From the IMG/VR virus record IMGVR_UViG_3300010244_000098: a DNA stretch of 64,000 nucleotides, one strand, 5' to 3'. A program made the position numbers and the translations under genes. Each line of letters opens with the position of its first letter. The stretch's first letter is position 1. A model generated the notes under the pieces. That model was not told where the DNA came from and did not search any database. It saw only the letters and a program-made list of their open reading frames with translations. Positions 20,547 through 29,230 of the stretch are shown here, one piece after another. The stretch is from a virus.

Positions 20547-22537
20547 TAAACCACTTGAACAAAATCAACGTTGTTCGCCAGCCATGAGCGACGTGCGGAG
20601 CTTGCAGACACTCCTTCTTTCGGTCTTGACCCCAAGAACAATTCCAACATGCGTGTCAGGTCTTGTTCATTAACAACCTTGAGCTGTGTCAAACGACGAG
20701 TCGCCGGACTCATAGTTGTTTCTTCTAACTCTACGGGGTTCATTTCTCCCAACCCTTTCAAACGAGTGACCTTCCAACCTCTGTATTGATCTTTCATTTG
20801 TTCATACTCAGATTGGTCAATCGCAAAGGCTTTTTCACGCTGTCCTTTGACATAGCGGTCGAATCGGTACAACGGGGCGTTCGCTACGTACACATGGCCA
20901 TAACGTAATAAATCAGGCATGAGCTTCCAGATAGCCAGAATCAACAACTCTAAGATATGGAACCCGTCGTCGTCCGCGTCGGCCATAATAATCAATTTGT
21001 TGTACTGAATATCATCGATATTGAAATCAGTCGCTACACCTGCACCGATTACATTAACTAGTGTAGCAATTTCTTCGTTCTTCATGATAGCCCCTAACCG
21101 TTTACTGGAAACGTTCAATGGTTTTCCCCGGAGAGGAAGGATTGCCTGCGTATACGGATCCCGTGCCGATTTTGCGGAACCGCCGGCGGAATCCCCCTCG
21201 ACCACAAACAATTCTCGCTCATGCGGTTTCCGGCTGGTGGCCTTGGTTAATTTTGTAGACATGAGAAGTTTCTCTTTGCCCTTCTTCCCTTTTCGCGCTG
21301 CTTGACTGACCTTTCGGGCTTCGCGTGCAGCTTCTCGGGCAGATTTTGCATCAAGCATTTTATCAACGATTTTCCTGGCGTCTTTTTCGTGTTGATGCAA
21401 CCACAGATTTAATTCGCTCTCCAGAACCATTTTGACAGCTTTTTTAGCCTGTGTCGTCCCCAATTTTTCTTTCGTTTGACTCTCAAACTGGAGCAGTTCC
21501 TCACTAATCCCCAAAGAAATGGCTAACACAAGGCCGTCCCGGGTGTCTTTCGGGTCCACCGTACTGTTCTTCGCCAGTTTCTTCGCTTTGATAAACTCTC
21601 GAAAAGCGTCTCTGACGGCGTCTTTCCCTCCTTCTTCATGAGGACCTCCGTCTCTTGTTGGAATAGCGTTCGCAAAACTAAAAATCTGCTCGCCGACCGA
21701 TTCCGTATAAAGCAGTGCCAAATCTACAAGAATAAAAGGTTCATCTGTCGATTCAGAAGGTGAAACGATACGATCTGGTTGTTTCTTGTCGTCCAGTAAA
21801 ACTCGTTTTGTAATGCGCATAGGCTCTTTAAAACCGATCCGTTCACTTTCGTCACTGACTGACTTGACTAAATCCCCAATACCTTCTTCATAAAGAAAAG
21901 AAACAGGGTCTTCCTCGTCCCGTTTATTGACAAACACATACTCGACACCGTCCGTTAAATAGGCCATACTGTCCAGTTTATTTTTTAAACTGTAAGCATC
22001 CCAGTGAATCGTATCGAAAATACGATCATCCGGAAGGAAATGAACGAAGGTTCCTGTTTCTTCGTCCAATGCTGTTTTCTCAGAATAAAACTCACTCACT
22101 TGGTCTTGTTCAAACTGAACATGATAGGTGTCGCCGACACTTGTTACAGCGTCGACAGACAACCACCGGCTCAGCGCATTTGTTGCCTTACTTCCTATAC
22201 CATGTTGTCCTCCGGACATCTGATACGCTTCACTGTCGAATTTTCCAGAGGTATGTAAAACGGTGAATGACCGAATAACAGAGTCGCCCTTCTCTCCCAT
22301 TGGGACACCGCGTCCAAAGTCCTGAACACTCAACGAATTATCCTCATAAAGTGTCATGACAACTTTCTTTCCGTAACCACCCAGTGCTTCATCCGTACTA
22401 TTGCTTAAAATCTCTTGAGCCAGTTGAAGAAGGGCACGGGGGTTTTCTCCGTCAACACTTGATGTTGACCCAACATACATTCCTGGTCGTTTACGAACAG
22501 CTTCTAATCCTTCTAAAGTCGTTACATTATCGTACAT
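20546..22537 (-). CDS. parE: type IIA topoisomerase subunit B (ParE-like)
   Basis: LEGLEAVRKRPGMYVG, DFGRGVP, VEGDSAGGSAK, PLRGK, IMADADDDG, RLKGLGEMN. Confidence 0.93.
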   Translation of the reverse strand: MYDNVTTLEGLEAVRKRPGMYVGSTSSVDGENPRALLQLAQEILSNSTDEALGGYGKKVVMTLYEDNSLSVQDFGRGVPMGEKGDSVIRSFTVLHTSGKFDSEAYQMSGGQHGIGSKATNALSRWLSVDAVTSVGDTYHVQFEQDQVSEFYSEKTALDEETGTFVHFLPDDRIFDTIHWDAYSLKNKLDSMAYLTDGVEYVFVNKRDEEDPVSFLYEEGIGDLVKSVSDESERIGFKEPMRITKRVLLDDKKQPDRIVSPSESTDEPFILVDLALLYTESVGEQIFSFANAIPTRDGGPHEEGGKDAVRDAFREFIKAKKLAKNSTVDPKDTRDGLVLAISLGISEELLQFESQTKEKLGTTQAKKAVKMVLESELNLWLHQHEKDARKIVDKMLDAKSAREAAREARKVSQAARKGKKGKEKLLMSTKLTKATSRKPHERELFVVEGDSAGGSAKSARDPYTQAILPLRGKPLNVSSKRLGAIMKNEEIATLVNVIGAGVATDFNIDDIQYNKLIIMADADDDGFHILELLILAIWKLMPDLLRYGHVYVANAPLYRFDRYVKGQREKAFAIDQSEYEQMKDQYRGWKVTRLKGLGEMNPVELEETTMSPATRRLTQLKVVNEQDLTRMLELFLGSRPKEGVSASSARRSWLANNVDFVQVV

Positions 22538-22550
22538 AGCCTCACTCTTT

Positions 22551-23105
22551 CTATTCTTCTTCTTCGACGATCTCTACTTGTTCAAACTGAGTTGTTTGTT
22601 CGTGGTTTAATTCCGTTAACTGTTCTTCTTCATAGGTAAAAGAAAAGACATCAACGGCGTCACTGACAAAATAAACATGGCCACTCGACATGTCAGGGGA
22701 CGTGACATATATGCTGACAAACGAGGAAGGGTTGACTTCCTGTTCATCGAACACAGTTTTAACGTCCTCTGTATAATTGCCGTCTTCGTTGTTCATCATT
22801 TGGATAAAGGTGGTTTGTAACGTTTCAAATTGATCTCTAAATTGTGCATCCTCGACCACAGGGCTGTTCTCACTGGATTGAATCAGTTCTTCATCGAGTT
22901 GTGCATGCAATTGGGAAACCAACTGTTGCTGCCGGGATTCTTCTTCTGTGATAGCGTCTCCCATTGATGAATATGTGTTGCTTTTCGCATATTCAAAATC
23001 AGCAATGAACGTGTACACCATCAAAACAGCGACAAAAACAACAATCAGAACAGCTCCCAGGGTCATTTGCCCTTTCGTCCATCGCCTGAAAAAACCTCTC
23101 ATCAC
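22551..23105 (-). CDS. membrane-anchored hypothetical protein
   Basis: N-terminal TM helix, acidic soluble domain, coupled to neighbouring genes. Confidence 0.7.
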   Translation of the reverse strand: MMRGFFRRWTKGQMTLGAVLIVVFVAVLMVYTFIADFEYAKSNTYSSMGDAITEEESRQQQLVSQLHAQLDEELIQSSENSPVVEDAQFRDQFETLQTTFIQMMNNEDGNYTEDVKTVFDEQEVNPSSFVSIYVTSPDMSSGHVYFVSDAVDVFSFTYEEEQLTELNHEQTTQFEQVEIVEEEE

Positions 23106-23620
23106 GTCTCATCTCCTTCCATACTTGCGTATTCGGGAATTAACGTATCTGTCTCAAAATCATAATGAGCCAAAACATGCAGTGATCCGTCAAAAACAAA
23201 ATTAACAGGGAAGGTATCTTCTATGTAATAAACCGGCTGATGAAAAACTTCAACCGAGCTGTAATCGCCGTTAGTCAATTTAGCTTCTAAAAGAGCCCGC
23301 ATGTCACGGCCGTAGGTTTCTTCATAGGCATCAAAGTTTTCCTTGTCGACTAAGGTCTGAACATCCTCCCTCATTTGAGGAAAGATATCAGCGACCTGCT
23401 CCACCCGGTTTTCCCGTAAAGAAAGAGCCTCATCTTGATTTTGGACAGTAGATACGTTCTGGGCTTGATTAAGCTCCATACGACGGGTTTCAAGTTCCGC
23501 ATTCGAAACCCCGGTGACAATTTGAGCAAAGGTCATGACCACAAACAATCCGATCATTGCTCCAATAAAGCCCCGCCATACTTTTGGGTTTGTCAGCCAG
23601 TCTTTTTTATAGAACATCAC
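23102..23620 (-). CDS. membrane-anchored hypothetical protein
   Basis: N-terminal TM helix; ATGA overlaps on both sides. Confidence 0.7.
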   Translation of the reverse strand: MMFYKKDWLTNPKVWRGFIGAMIGLFVVMTFAQIVTGVSNAELETRRMELNQAQNVSTVQNQDEALSLRENRVEQVADIFPQMREDVQTLVDKENFDAYEETYGRDMRALLEAKLTNGDYSSVEVFHQPVYYIEDTFPVNFVFDGSLHVLAHYDFETDTLIPEYASMEGDET

Positions 23621-24390
23621 TCACCACCTCCGGGTTGTTGAGCCGTGATACTGATTGGTGTGATACCAAAAATACGGTTTTTATTACTGATATTCGCACT
23701 GAATTGAATCGTAACAGGCAAACTGTGCTCTGATTTGTACTGAACCGTAATATCAGCCACATAATAAGGCGAGTCCTCCGGCGTTGCGTCTTCGACAGTC
23801 ACACTGTCGTCCACGATCTCGTATGCCTCCTCAGGGTTGGCAACAGCCGTGCCTTGTTCCTCATAGCTTTGACGTTCTTCGTCTGTCATGTCTTCGGCCT
23901 GCGTGAAATTAAACAGCTGTAATGCCTCAAAAACAATAGGGGCGCTGTAAAAATGACTCGCCCAACCTTCTGGATTTTCTTCCATACGTGTCAGCATATC
24001 CGATGTATCCACGCCGTCTATGGCCGGGTTATCCGATTGACCCAATTGCTCTGTTATGTACTGAACCCCGTTGTTGACGGTGTCTTGAACCCCTTCGAAA
24101 TAAGAATCACCAGCCGGATCAATTGGTCCGTCTTCCTCGACAATAGTTTGAGTGATGTTTTCTTGTTCTCTGGGAGTGTACATGTCAGCGCCGGCCGTTT
24201 GTCCCGTCTTGTCAACACGGGTCATCATACTTCCACCCGGTGTTCCGTCGGGTTGGAAAAACTGCCAGCCCGCAAACAGAACAATCAAGACGCCGAAGGC
24301 AATCCATGCGATTTTTTTCCGGCCTTTGTTCTTGTCTTCTCGTTCAGGAGTGTAGACGTCCGTCTGCTTATCTTTATGATTAAAGAACAT
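23617..24390 (-). CDS. membrane-anchored hypothetical protein (possible conjugation accessory)
   Basis: RBS AAGGAGG before ATG 24390 (MFFNHK); single TM helix followed by an acidic domain. Confidence 0.7.
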   Translation of the reverse strand: MFFNHKDKQTDVYTPEREDKNKGRKKIAWIAFGVLIVLFAGWQFFQPDGTPGGSMMTRVDKTGQTAGADMYTPREQENITQTIVEEDGPIDPAGDSYFEGVQDTVNNGVQYITEQLGQSDNPAIDGVDTSDMLTRMEENPEGWASHFYSAPIVFEALQLFNFTQAEDMTDEERQSYEEQGTAVANPEEAYEIVDDSVTVEDATPEDSPYYVADITVQYKSEHSLPVTIQFSANISNKNRIFGITPISITAQQPGGGE

Positions 24391-24592
24391 CGTGACCGTC
24401 CTCCTTTTTCTTTTTATATTCGCGTAACGCCTGGCGGATAATATCCGAAGAATTAACCTGTTGTTTTTCAGCCATATGTGCAATCCACTCTTTTTCATTG
24501 TCAGTGATACGCAGGTTCACACGTCGGTTTCTTTGTTGTTGAGATACTAAAGTAAAATCAACAGAATCAAAATCGTTGTTTGAATAATTCAT
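24380..24592 (-). CDS. RHH (CopG/MobC-like) DNA-binding protein
   Basis: RNRRVNLRITDNEKEWIAHMAEKQQVNSSDIIRQAL. Confidence 0.7.
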   Translation of the reverse strand: MNYSNNDFDSVDFTLVSQQQRNRRVNLRITDNEKEWIAHMAEKQQVNSSDIIRQALREYKKKKEDGHDVL

Positions 24593-24616
24593 TGTAATTT
24601 CTCCTTTGTTTTTTGT

Positions 24617-27568
24617 TTAAGCAGTTTCGTTAACAGCCAAGGTATTTTCGAATGACTGAAAATCTCGGGAAAGACGCGTTGTACGATTCGACCGTGAGCG
24701 GTTCAAAGCGTCTTCCAGAACAGTTTTCGACCCGAGAATAACGACTTTATCTTTCGCCCTTGTCAGAGCTGTATAAAACAGTTCCCGGTAAGACATAGTT
24801 GTGATATCGGACGCATCGGGAAGGCAGATAACAACGGTGTCCGCCTGACTTCCCTGTGATTTATGAATAGTCATGGAGTAAGACAGAGCTAACGAGTCGC
24901 CCTTGTTCTCAACATCCTGTCTGTTGTAATACACCCATGGGTTATGCTCGATATCCGTTTCTCCGTCCATACTGTCAAATTGGACAAACATGCCTCCGTC
25001 TCGTGTAATTGCACGCACTGTACCGATATCTCCGTTCATGATTGGCGACGTACTCGGCGAGAACAAATCCTTCTCCTGAAGACGGCCATACCACATGGTT
25101 GTAATGTCTTCGAGGGTATACTCCCTCTCTTTTTTCTTCTCCACGTCTAACGTTAAAAGTTGATATTTGTTTTTTGTATTCATAACCCGGTCGCCCACGC
25201 GGAACACCGCGGAATTGTTTACACTGAACCCTGAACCGGCCCCGTATTTTTTAAACAGTTTTTTGTTCAGCTCAAACAACGACGTTTCTCCTTCACCCTT
25301 GTTCAACGCTCCAGATATAGTTTGATACGATTCCAATTGTATAGACTGAGGGAGGCTTCCACGAAACGGACGACTAATCCCCTGAATGACTTGGTTGAAC
25401 GGTGTCACAGCCAATCGTTTACCAGAACCTTTCTTTGAAAAAGGCATGAGAATCAAACTGTTTTCGATATCTAACAGCTCCTGTCGGTACTGATAGTACA
25501 AGAAAGACGCCACCCAGCCACTGTATCCATATGCTGAATTCAAATCGGGAACCTGTCGTTGCACATCTGACAAGTATGCTTCATCTTTGACCAACTCTTT
25601 CTTATGTACATCGGTCAATAATGGATAATCCGTGATGGAGAATCGACCGTCGAAATGAAGATCTTCAACAGAAATATATTCGTCGTTTTGAGCTTTATTC
25701 CGTATAGTGTAGGTATTTTTCATAATCGTCCCTTTGGAACGAAACGGTTGATTCAAATGAAACTGGCCGGCTTGAGTCAAGGTTTTCAAGTCACGCAATA
25801 CAGCTCCTGCCCCAATAGACGGCAGTTGTTCATCATCCCCGATAAATACTAAACGGTAACTTTTGGGTATCTTTCGGAGAATGGCCTCTAACAACACTTC
25901 GTCGAGCATGGATGCCTCATCAATAATCAACCAACGACTCCCTTGCTCATCTCCGCGTGCTTCTTCTCTAACAGTAGAGTATTTCTCTCCTAAGAAAGAG
26001 TGAACTGTGTATGTTTGGTCTTGAATATGACGCAGCGCTTTAAATTCCTCGGTATAACTGTCATCATTCAATGATTCCCTCATTCGTTTCGACGCTTTTC
26101 CTGTCGGGGCGCAAAACACAATTTTATGAGACCCTTCTTCAAACAAATCGTTGCTTACCCGTGTTAATGTACTCAAGAAGTATTTCAACATCGTCGTCTT
26201 ACCGGTTCCGGGTCCTCCTGTCAGAACGCTAATTGAATGATTATTCAACCCTTTCAATGCGTCGATTTGAGCTGGGTCCAAATGAATCTGTTCGTCTTCA
26301 CTTTGTTGCTCGCCTAGGGATTCGATAACTTCTTGAAGCCCCTGCTCGTAAAGATCTGTGTCGACAAAAGGTTCATTTCCTGTCGATAACCGACGGGAGA
26401 ACTCTGAAACAATCGTATCGTTCCGGTCGTGAGCCGGTCGAAATTGGATATAAAACTCCTCTCCTTCAGGAAAAACAATCACGGGATAATAGGCCTCCGT
26501 GTCTTGAAGAACGGCCTTGATATCATCGTACTGTTGAGAGAACCCGCCCGACTGCACGGCTTCTTTGTGCATGGCCTCCGTAAAAAGGAACATCGTATCG
26601 TCGGCATGAGGCCCGTTGAATGACCCGTCTTTATGATTTTTTAGAACACGGGTTAATTCTAAAGCATAAGAGAATAAATCGGTATCCCCTAACCCGAGGA
26701 GCTCAAAAGTGGCATCGTCCACGACGTGGCCGGTCATTTCCATAACCCCTCTGGTAACAGCAATCGTTTCTTTAACCTGTTTCATGGTCTGGGTCATAGG
26801 GTCTCCGGATAATTGAAGAATGATTTCCGGGTGGGCCATCAAATAAGTGACGTGTCTCCCGTAGTCTCCGGTCCGTTCGCGCAAGGCCGTCGGCAGTTCG
26901 TATTCTTTGTGGTTAACCATAAGAGAAATGTATCGAAACACCGGTTTCCACTGTTTAATTGACTGTTGGAAAGGGAATGACCGAGATGAAGAAAAGGAAA
27001 CAAGGTTGAAATGGTTGAGTGTATTATAGAAATAACTTTCGTCAGTGATAAGCGTTTCAATGGCCTGTTCAATATCTTCACGGCTGTCGAGAACAGCTTT
27101 CAACAGACGGTCAGGAACACCCATGTTCTTTGTTGAATCGTCTGTACGAATATACGTGTCCAATTCCTCAAAGAACAACCCTTTGGTGTTAAACACCCAT
27201 ATTAATCGCTCAGCATAGGTTTCTCCTACGCCGTGTACGATCTGAATCAACGCGTCACGTAACTGTTCGTCGTCAATGTTCTGGTACGCCTGGCTCCGAT
27301 CGCCACTGTTATAGACCGTCATTCCTTTCTTCTGCTGTTTGGTCTCTTCCAAAATAACCTGGAACCCTGTACGTTTTCCTTTGTCGTACGTTTCCATATC
27401 AAACAAACCACGAACGACAATTGCATCGGATATATCTGTATCTTCATATTTGTAAGGTGTGAAAGATCCTTCTAGCTCAGAGTAATAAAGACCACTTGCG
27501 TTCATATAGGGAAAGTTTTTATGTAATTCCCCTGTTGGTTTAAAAAATCCTGATACAATGGTTGGCAT
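24617..27568 (-). CDS. recD2: RecD2-like SF1B DNA helicase
   Basis: HhH VHGVGETYAERL, LTGGPGTGKTT, CAPTGKAS, IIDEASML, IGDDEQLPSIGAG, YSMTIHKSQGSQ, YTALTRAK. Confidence 0.9.
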   Translation of the reverse strand: MPTIVSGFFKPTGELHKNFPYMNASGLYYSELEGSFTPYKYEDTDISDAIVVRGLFDMETYDKGKRTGFQVILEETKQQKKGMTVYNSGDRSQAYQNIDDEQLRDALIQIVHGVGETYAERLIWVFNTKGLFFEELDTYIRTDDSTKNMGVPDRLLKAVLDSREDIEQAIETLITDESYFYNTLNHFNLVSFSSSRSFPFQQSIKQWKPVFRYISLMVNHKEYELPTALRERTGDYGRHVTYLMAHPEIILQLSGDPMTQTMKQVKETIAVTRGVMEMTGHVVDDATFELLGLGDTDLFSYALELTRVLKNHKDGSFNGPHADDTMFLFTEAMHKEAVQSGGFSQQYDDIKAVLQDTEAYYPVIVFPEGEEFYIQFRPAHDRNDTIVSEFSRRLSTGNEPFVDTDLYEQGLQEVIESLGEQQSEDEQIHLDPAQIDALKGLNNHSISVLTGGPGTGKTTMLKYFLSTLTRVSNDLFEEGSHKIVFCAPTGKASKRMRESLNDDSYTEEFKALRHIQDQTYTVHSFLGEKYSTVREEARGDEQGSRWLIIDEASMLDEVLLEAILRKIPKSYRLVFIGDDEQLPSIGAGAVLRDLKTLTQAGQFHLNQPFRSKGTIMKNTYTIRNKAQNDEYISVEDLHFDGRFSITDYPLLTDVHKKELVKDEAYLSDVQRQVPDLNSAYGYSGWVASFLYYQYRQELLDIENSLILMPFSKKGSGKRLAVTPFNQVIQGISRPFRGSLPQSIQLESYQTISGALNKGEGETSLFELNKKLFKKYGAGSGFSVNNSAVFRVGDRVMNTKNKYQLLTLDVEKKKEREYTLEDITTMWYGRLQEKDLFSPSTSPIMNGDIGTVRAITRDGGMFVQFDSMDGETDIEHNPWVYYNRQDVENKGDSLALSYSMTIHKSQGSQADTVVICLPDASDITTMSYRELFYTALTRAKDKVVILGSKTVLEDALNRSRSNRTTRLSRDFQSFENTLAVNETA

Positions 27569-27610
27569 GAAAAGCTCCTATCTCAATAAAGGTCTATGTA
27601 TATGATTTAT

Positions 27611-27650
27611 CTGTCATACATATTGTATGACAAAACGATCTATTTTTCAA
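27611..27650 (-). promoter_or_regulatory. recD2-operon promoter with an inverted-repeat operator over the -10
   Basis: TTGAAA-17-TACAAT on the minus strand; inverted repeat TGTCATACA-TAT-TGTATGACA at 27612-27632. Confidence 0.6.
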
Positions 27651-27794
27651 GTCTTTTTAACGGTTTAATCGCATCATGATAGAAAAAAGGAGATCAGCAC
27701 GGCTTACTGACCCCCTTTCTGGAACTTATTTGTTTTGGCCATTTTTGCAACATTGTTGCTTCTGCGTCACACCCTTATGAAAAAGGGTTACAAT

Positions 27795-27862
27795 AAAAAA
27801 GCACCCGTTATGCAACAACATAACGAATGCAATGAGTTAAATGTAGTTCATACTCAATTCTA
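27795..27862 (-). ncRNA. candidate small RNA (~65 nt)
   Basis: TTGACA-18-TAGTCT promoter; terminator GCATTCGTTATG...CATAACGGGTGC-TTTTTT; no ORF. Confidence 0.45.
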
Positions 27863-27920
27863 TTTACAGACTAGTCTATCGGATATTTGTTTGTCAATAC
27901 CCGGCCGTTTCAGACCAAAG

Positions 27921-27972
27921 AAAAAGCACTTATCTACTGACATAGATAAATGCTCGATATGAATTACTTTCT
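27921..27972 (-). ncRNA. candidate small RNA (~50 nt)
   Basis: TTGACG-18-TATACT promoter; terminator AGCATTTATCTA...TAGATAAGTGCT-TTTT; no ORF. Confidence 0.45.
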
Positions 27973-28273
27973 AAATAAAGTATAACTTATTGTGTATTCG
28001 TTCGTCAACACCCTCTGTATATCGTAGCGAGCAGACACCTTGATCCTTATTGAAATAGTTTCTTACTCTTGGAGAGTATAAAACCCAAATGAGCAATGGA
28101 CACTTGCCGATCTATTATGTACGGTCATCCCAAATCGGCAATCTTGGAGGTGTGTGACTCATTCGATAATTCTAGTTTACTAAACTTCTTATTCCAAAGT
28201 CAATCCCCGGGCAACCCCACGGCAGAGGCCTTTGTGGACCACGGTCCCATGACGTTTGCCCTCCATTATTTCG

Positions 28274-28337
28274 GTAACAAATTAACACGTCAACAAATCA
28301 ACAAAGTAATTCATTTATTTATTAACACGTTAATAGA
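28274..28337. repeat. 8-bp-period array of the same family as the parA-upstream array
   Basis: GTAACAAA TTAACACG TCAACAAA TCAACAAA GTAATTCA TTTATTTA TTAACACG TTAATAGA. Confidence 0.7.
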
Positions 28338-28380
28338 AGAAAAAGACTCACTGACGATACGTCAATGAGTCTAGACAACG

Positions 28381-29175
28381 TTATTCCTGTTCGTCTGTTT
28401 GACGCAGTGAGTAGTCGGTAATCACCCAGCTGCCGTCTTGTTCTTCAAGCGTCAACGCGTATTGTTCATGGGTTTCGTATCCGGCGCCCATGTTGTCCTC
28501 AACCGTGCTGTGAGCTAAGGCAATGACGTTCACGGAATCAGAACCCAGTGTGCTTTCTTGAACGAACACCTTAATGGACTCCGGCTCTTGCGTGTAAGTA
28601 TACGGCTCGGTATCGCCTGATTCTGAACTGTGGTCATGACCGCCTGTGTCCATAGAAGACTCGTCCGCTTCCGGAGCAATGCTGTTTAAAATATCTTCGC
28701 TCACGTAAGAAGCCAAAGCGTCCCGGCGGTCTTGATGATAGTTTTCCTGACCGGTATCTACGGTTAAGAACGTTTCAAGGAACTCACGGGATGTACTCAT
28801 GACAGATTGGCGCTGAGCACTGTGGTTATCCGTGTTCTCCTCCTCGTTCTCTCCGTTGTCTTCACTGTTTTCTTCATTATTTGTCTCGTCTTCGCTGTTC
28901 TCCTCACCGGAGCTTGATTCAGCAGAAGCAAGTTGTTCTTCTAAATCAGTGACCTGTTGGGATAATCGGTCATTTTCTTCTTGTATGGTTGTTACTTGAT
29001 CTTCATAAAACGACTTCTCGGTTGTTGAATCTCCTGCGTACGTGTCTTCAGCCGAACGGCCTCCGAACGCGAGATAGCCACCAAGGGCGAGATTAAGAAC
29101 GAGCGAAACGCCCAATCCAATCCCCAAGGCTCGAACCACGTTTTTCGAGATTTTATTGTCTGGTTTTTTTGCCAT
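28381..29175 (-). CDS. TcpC/VirB8-like conjugation protein (TM, coiled coil, NTF2-like domain)
   Basis: TM helix, coiled coil, REFLETFLT...RRDALASYVSE, C-terminal LTLEEQDGSWVITDY; follows the cell-wall hydrolase. Confidence 0.55.
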   Translation of the reverse strand: MAKKPDNKISKNVVRALGIGLGVSLVLNLALGGYLAFGGRSAEDTYAGDSTTEKSFYEDQVTTIQEENDRLSQQVTDLEEQLASAESSSGEENSEDETNNEENSEDNGENEEENTDNHSAQRQSVMSTSREFLETFLTVDTGQENYHQDRRDALASYVSEDILNSIAPEADESSMDTGGHDHSSESGDTEPYTYTQEPESIKVFVQESTLGSDSVNVIALAHSTVEDNMGAGYETHEQYALTLEEQDGSWVITDYSLRQTDEQE

Positions 29176-29230
29176 AATAGAGGTCTCCTTTTTCTTTATT
29201 TCTTAGGGAACGACGGTACCACGTGGTTCC

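Noticed and set aside
3948-22537. Chromosomal origin of the window, suggested by parC/parE and PBP1A
   Set aside because: These genes are divergent and lack chromosomal neighbours; no housekeeping operons, tRNA or rRNA; plasmid rep, par and tra genes surround them.
28205-28265. Resemblance to a c-di-GMP-I riboswitch on the minus strand (GGGCAAAC...GGGGTTGCCC)
   Set aside because: Too short, and lacks the GNRA tetraloop and its receptor. An Rfam/Infernal search would settle it.
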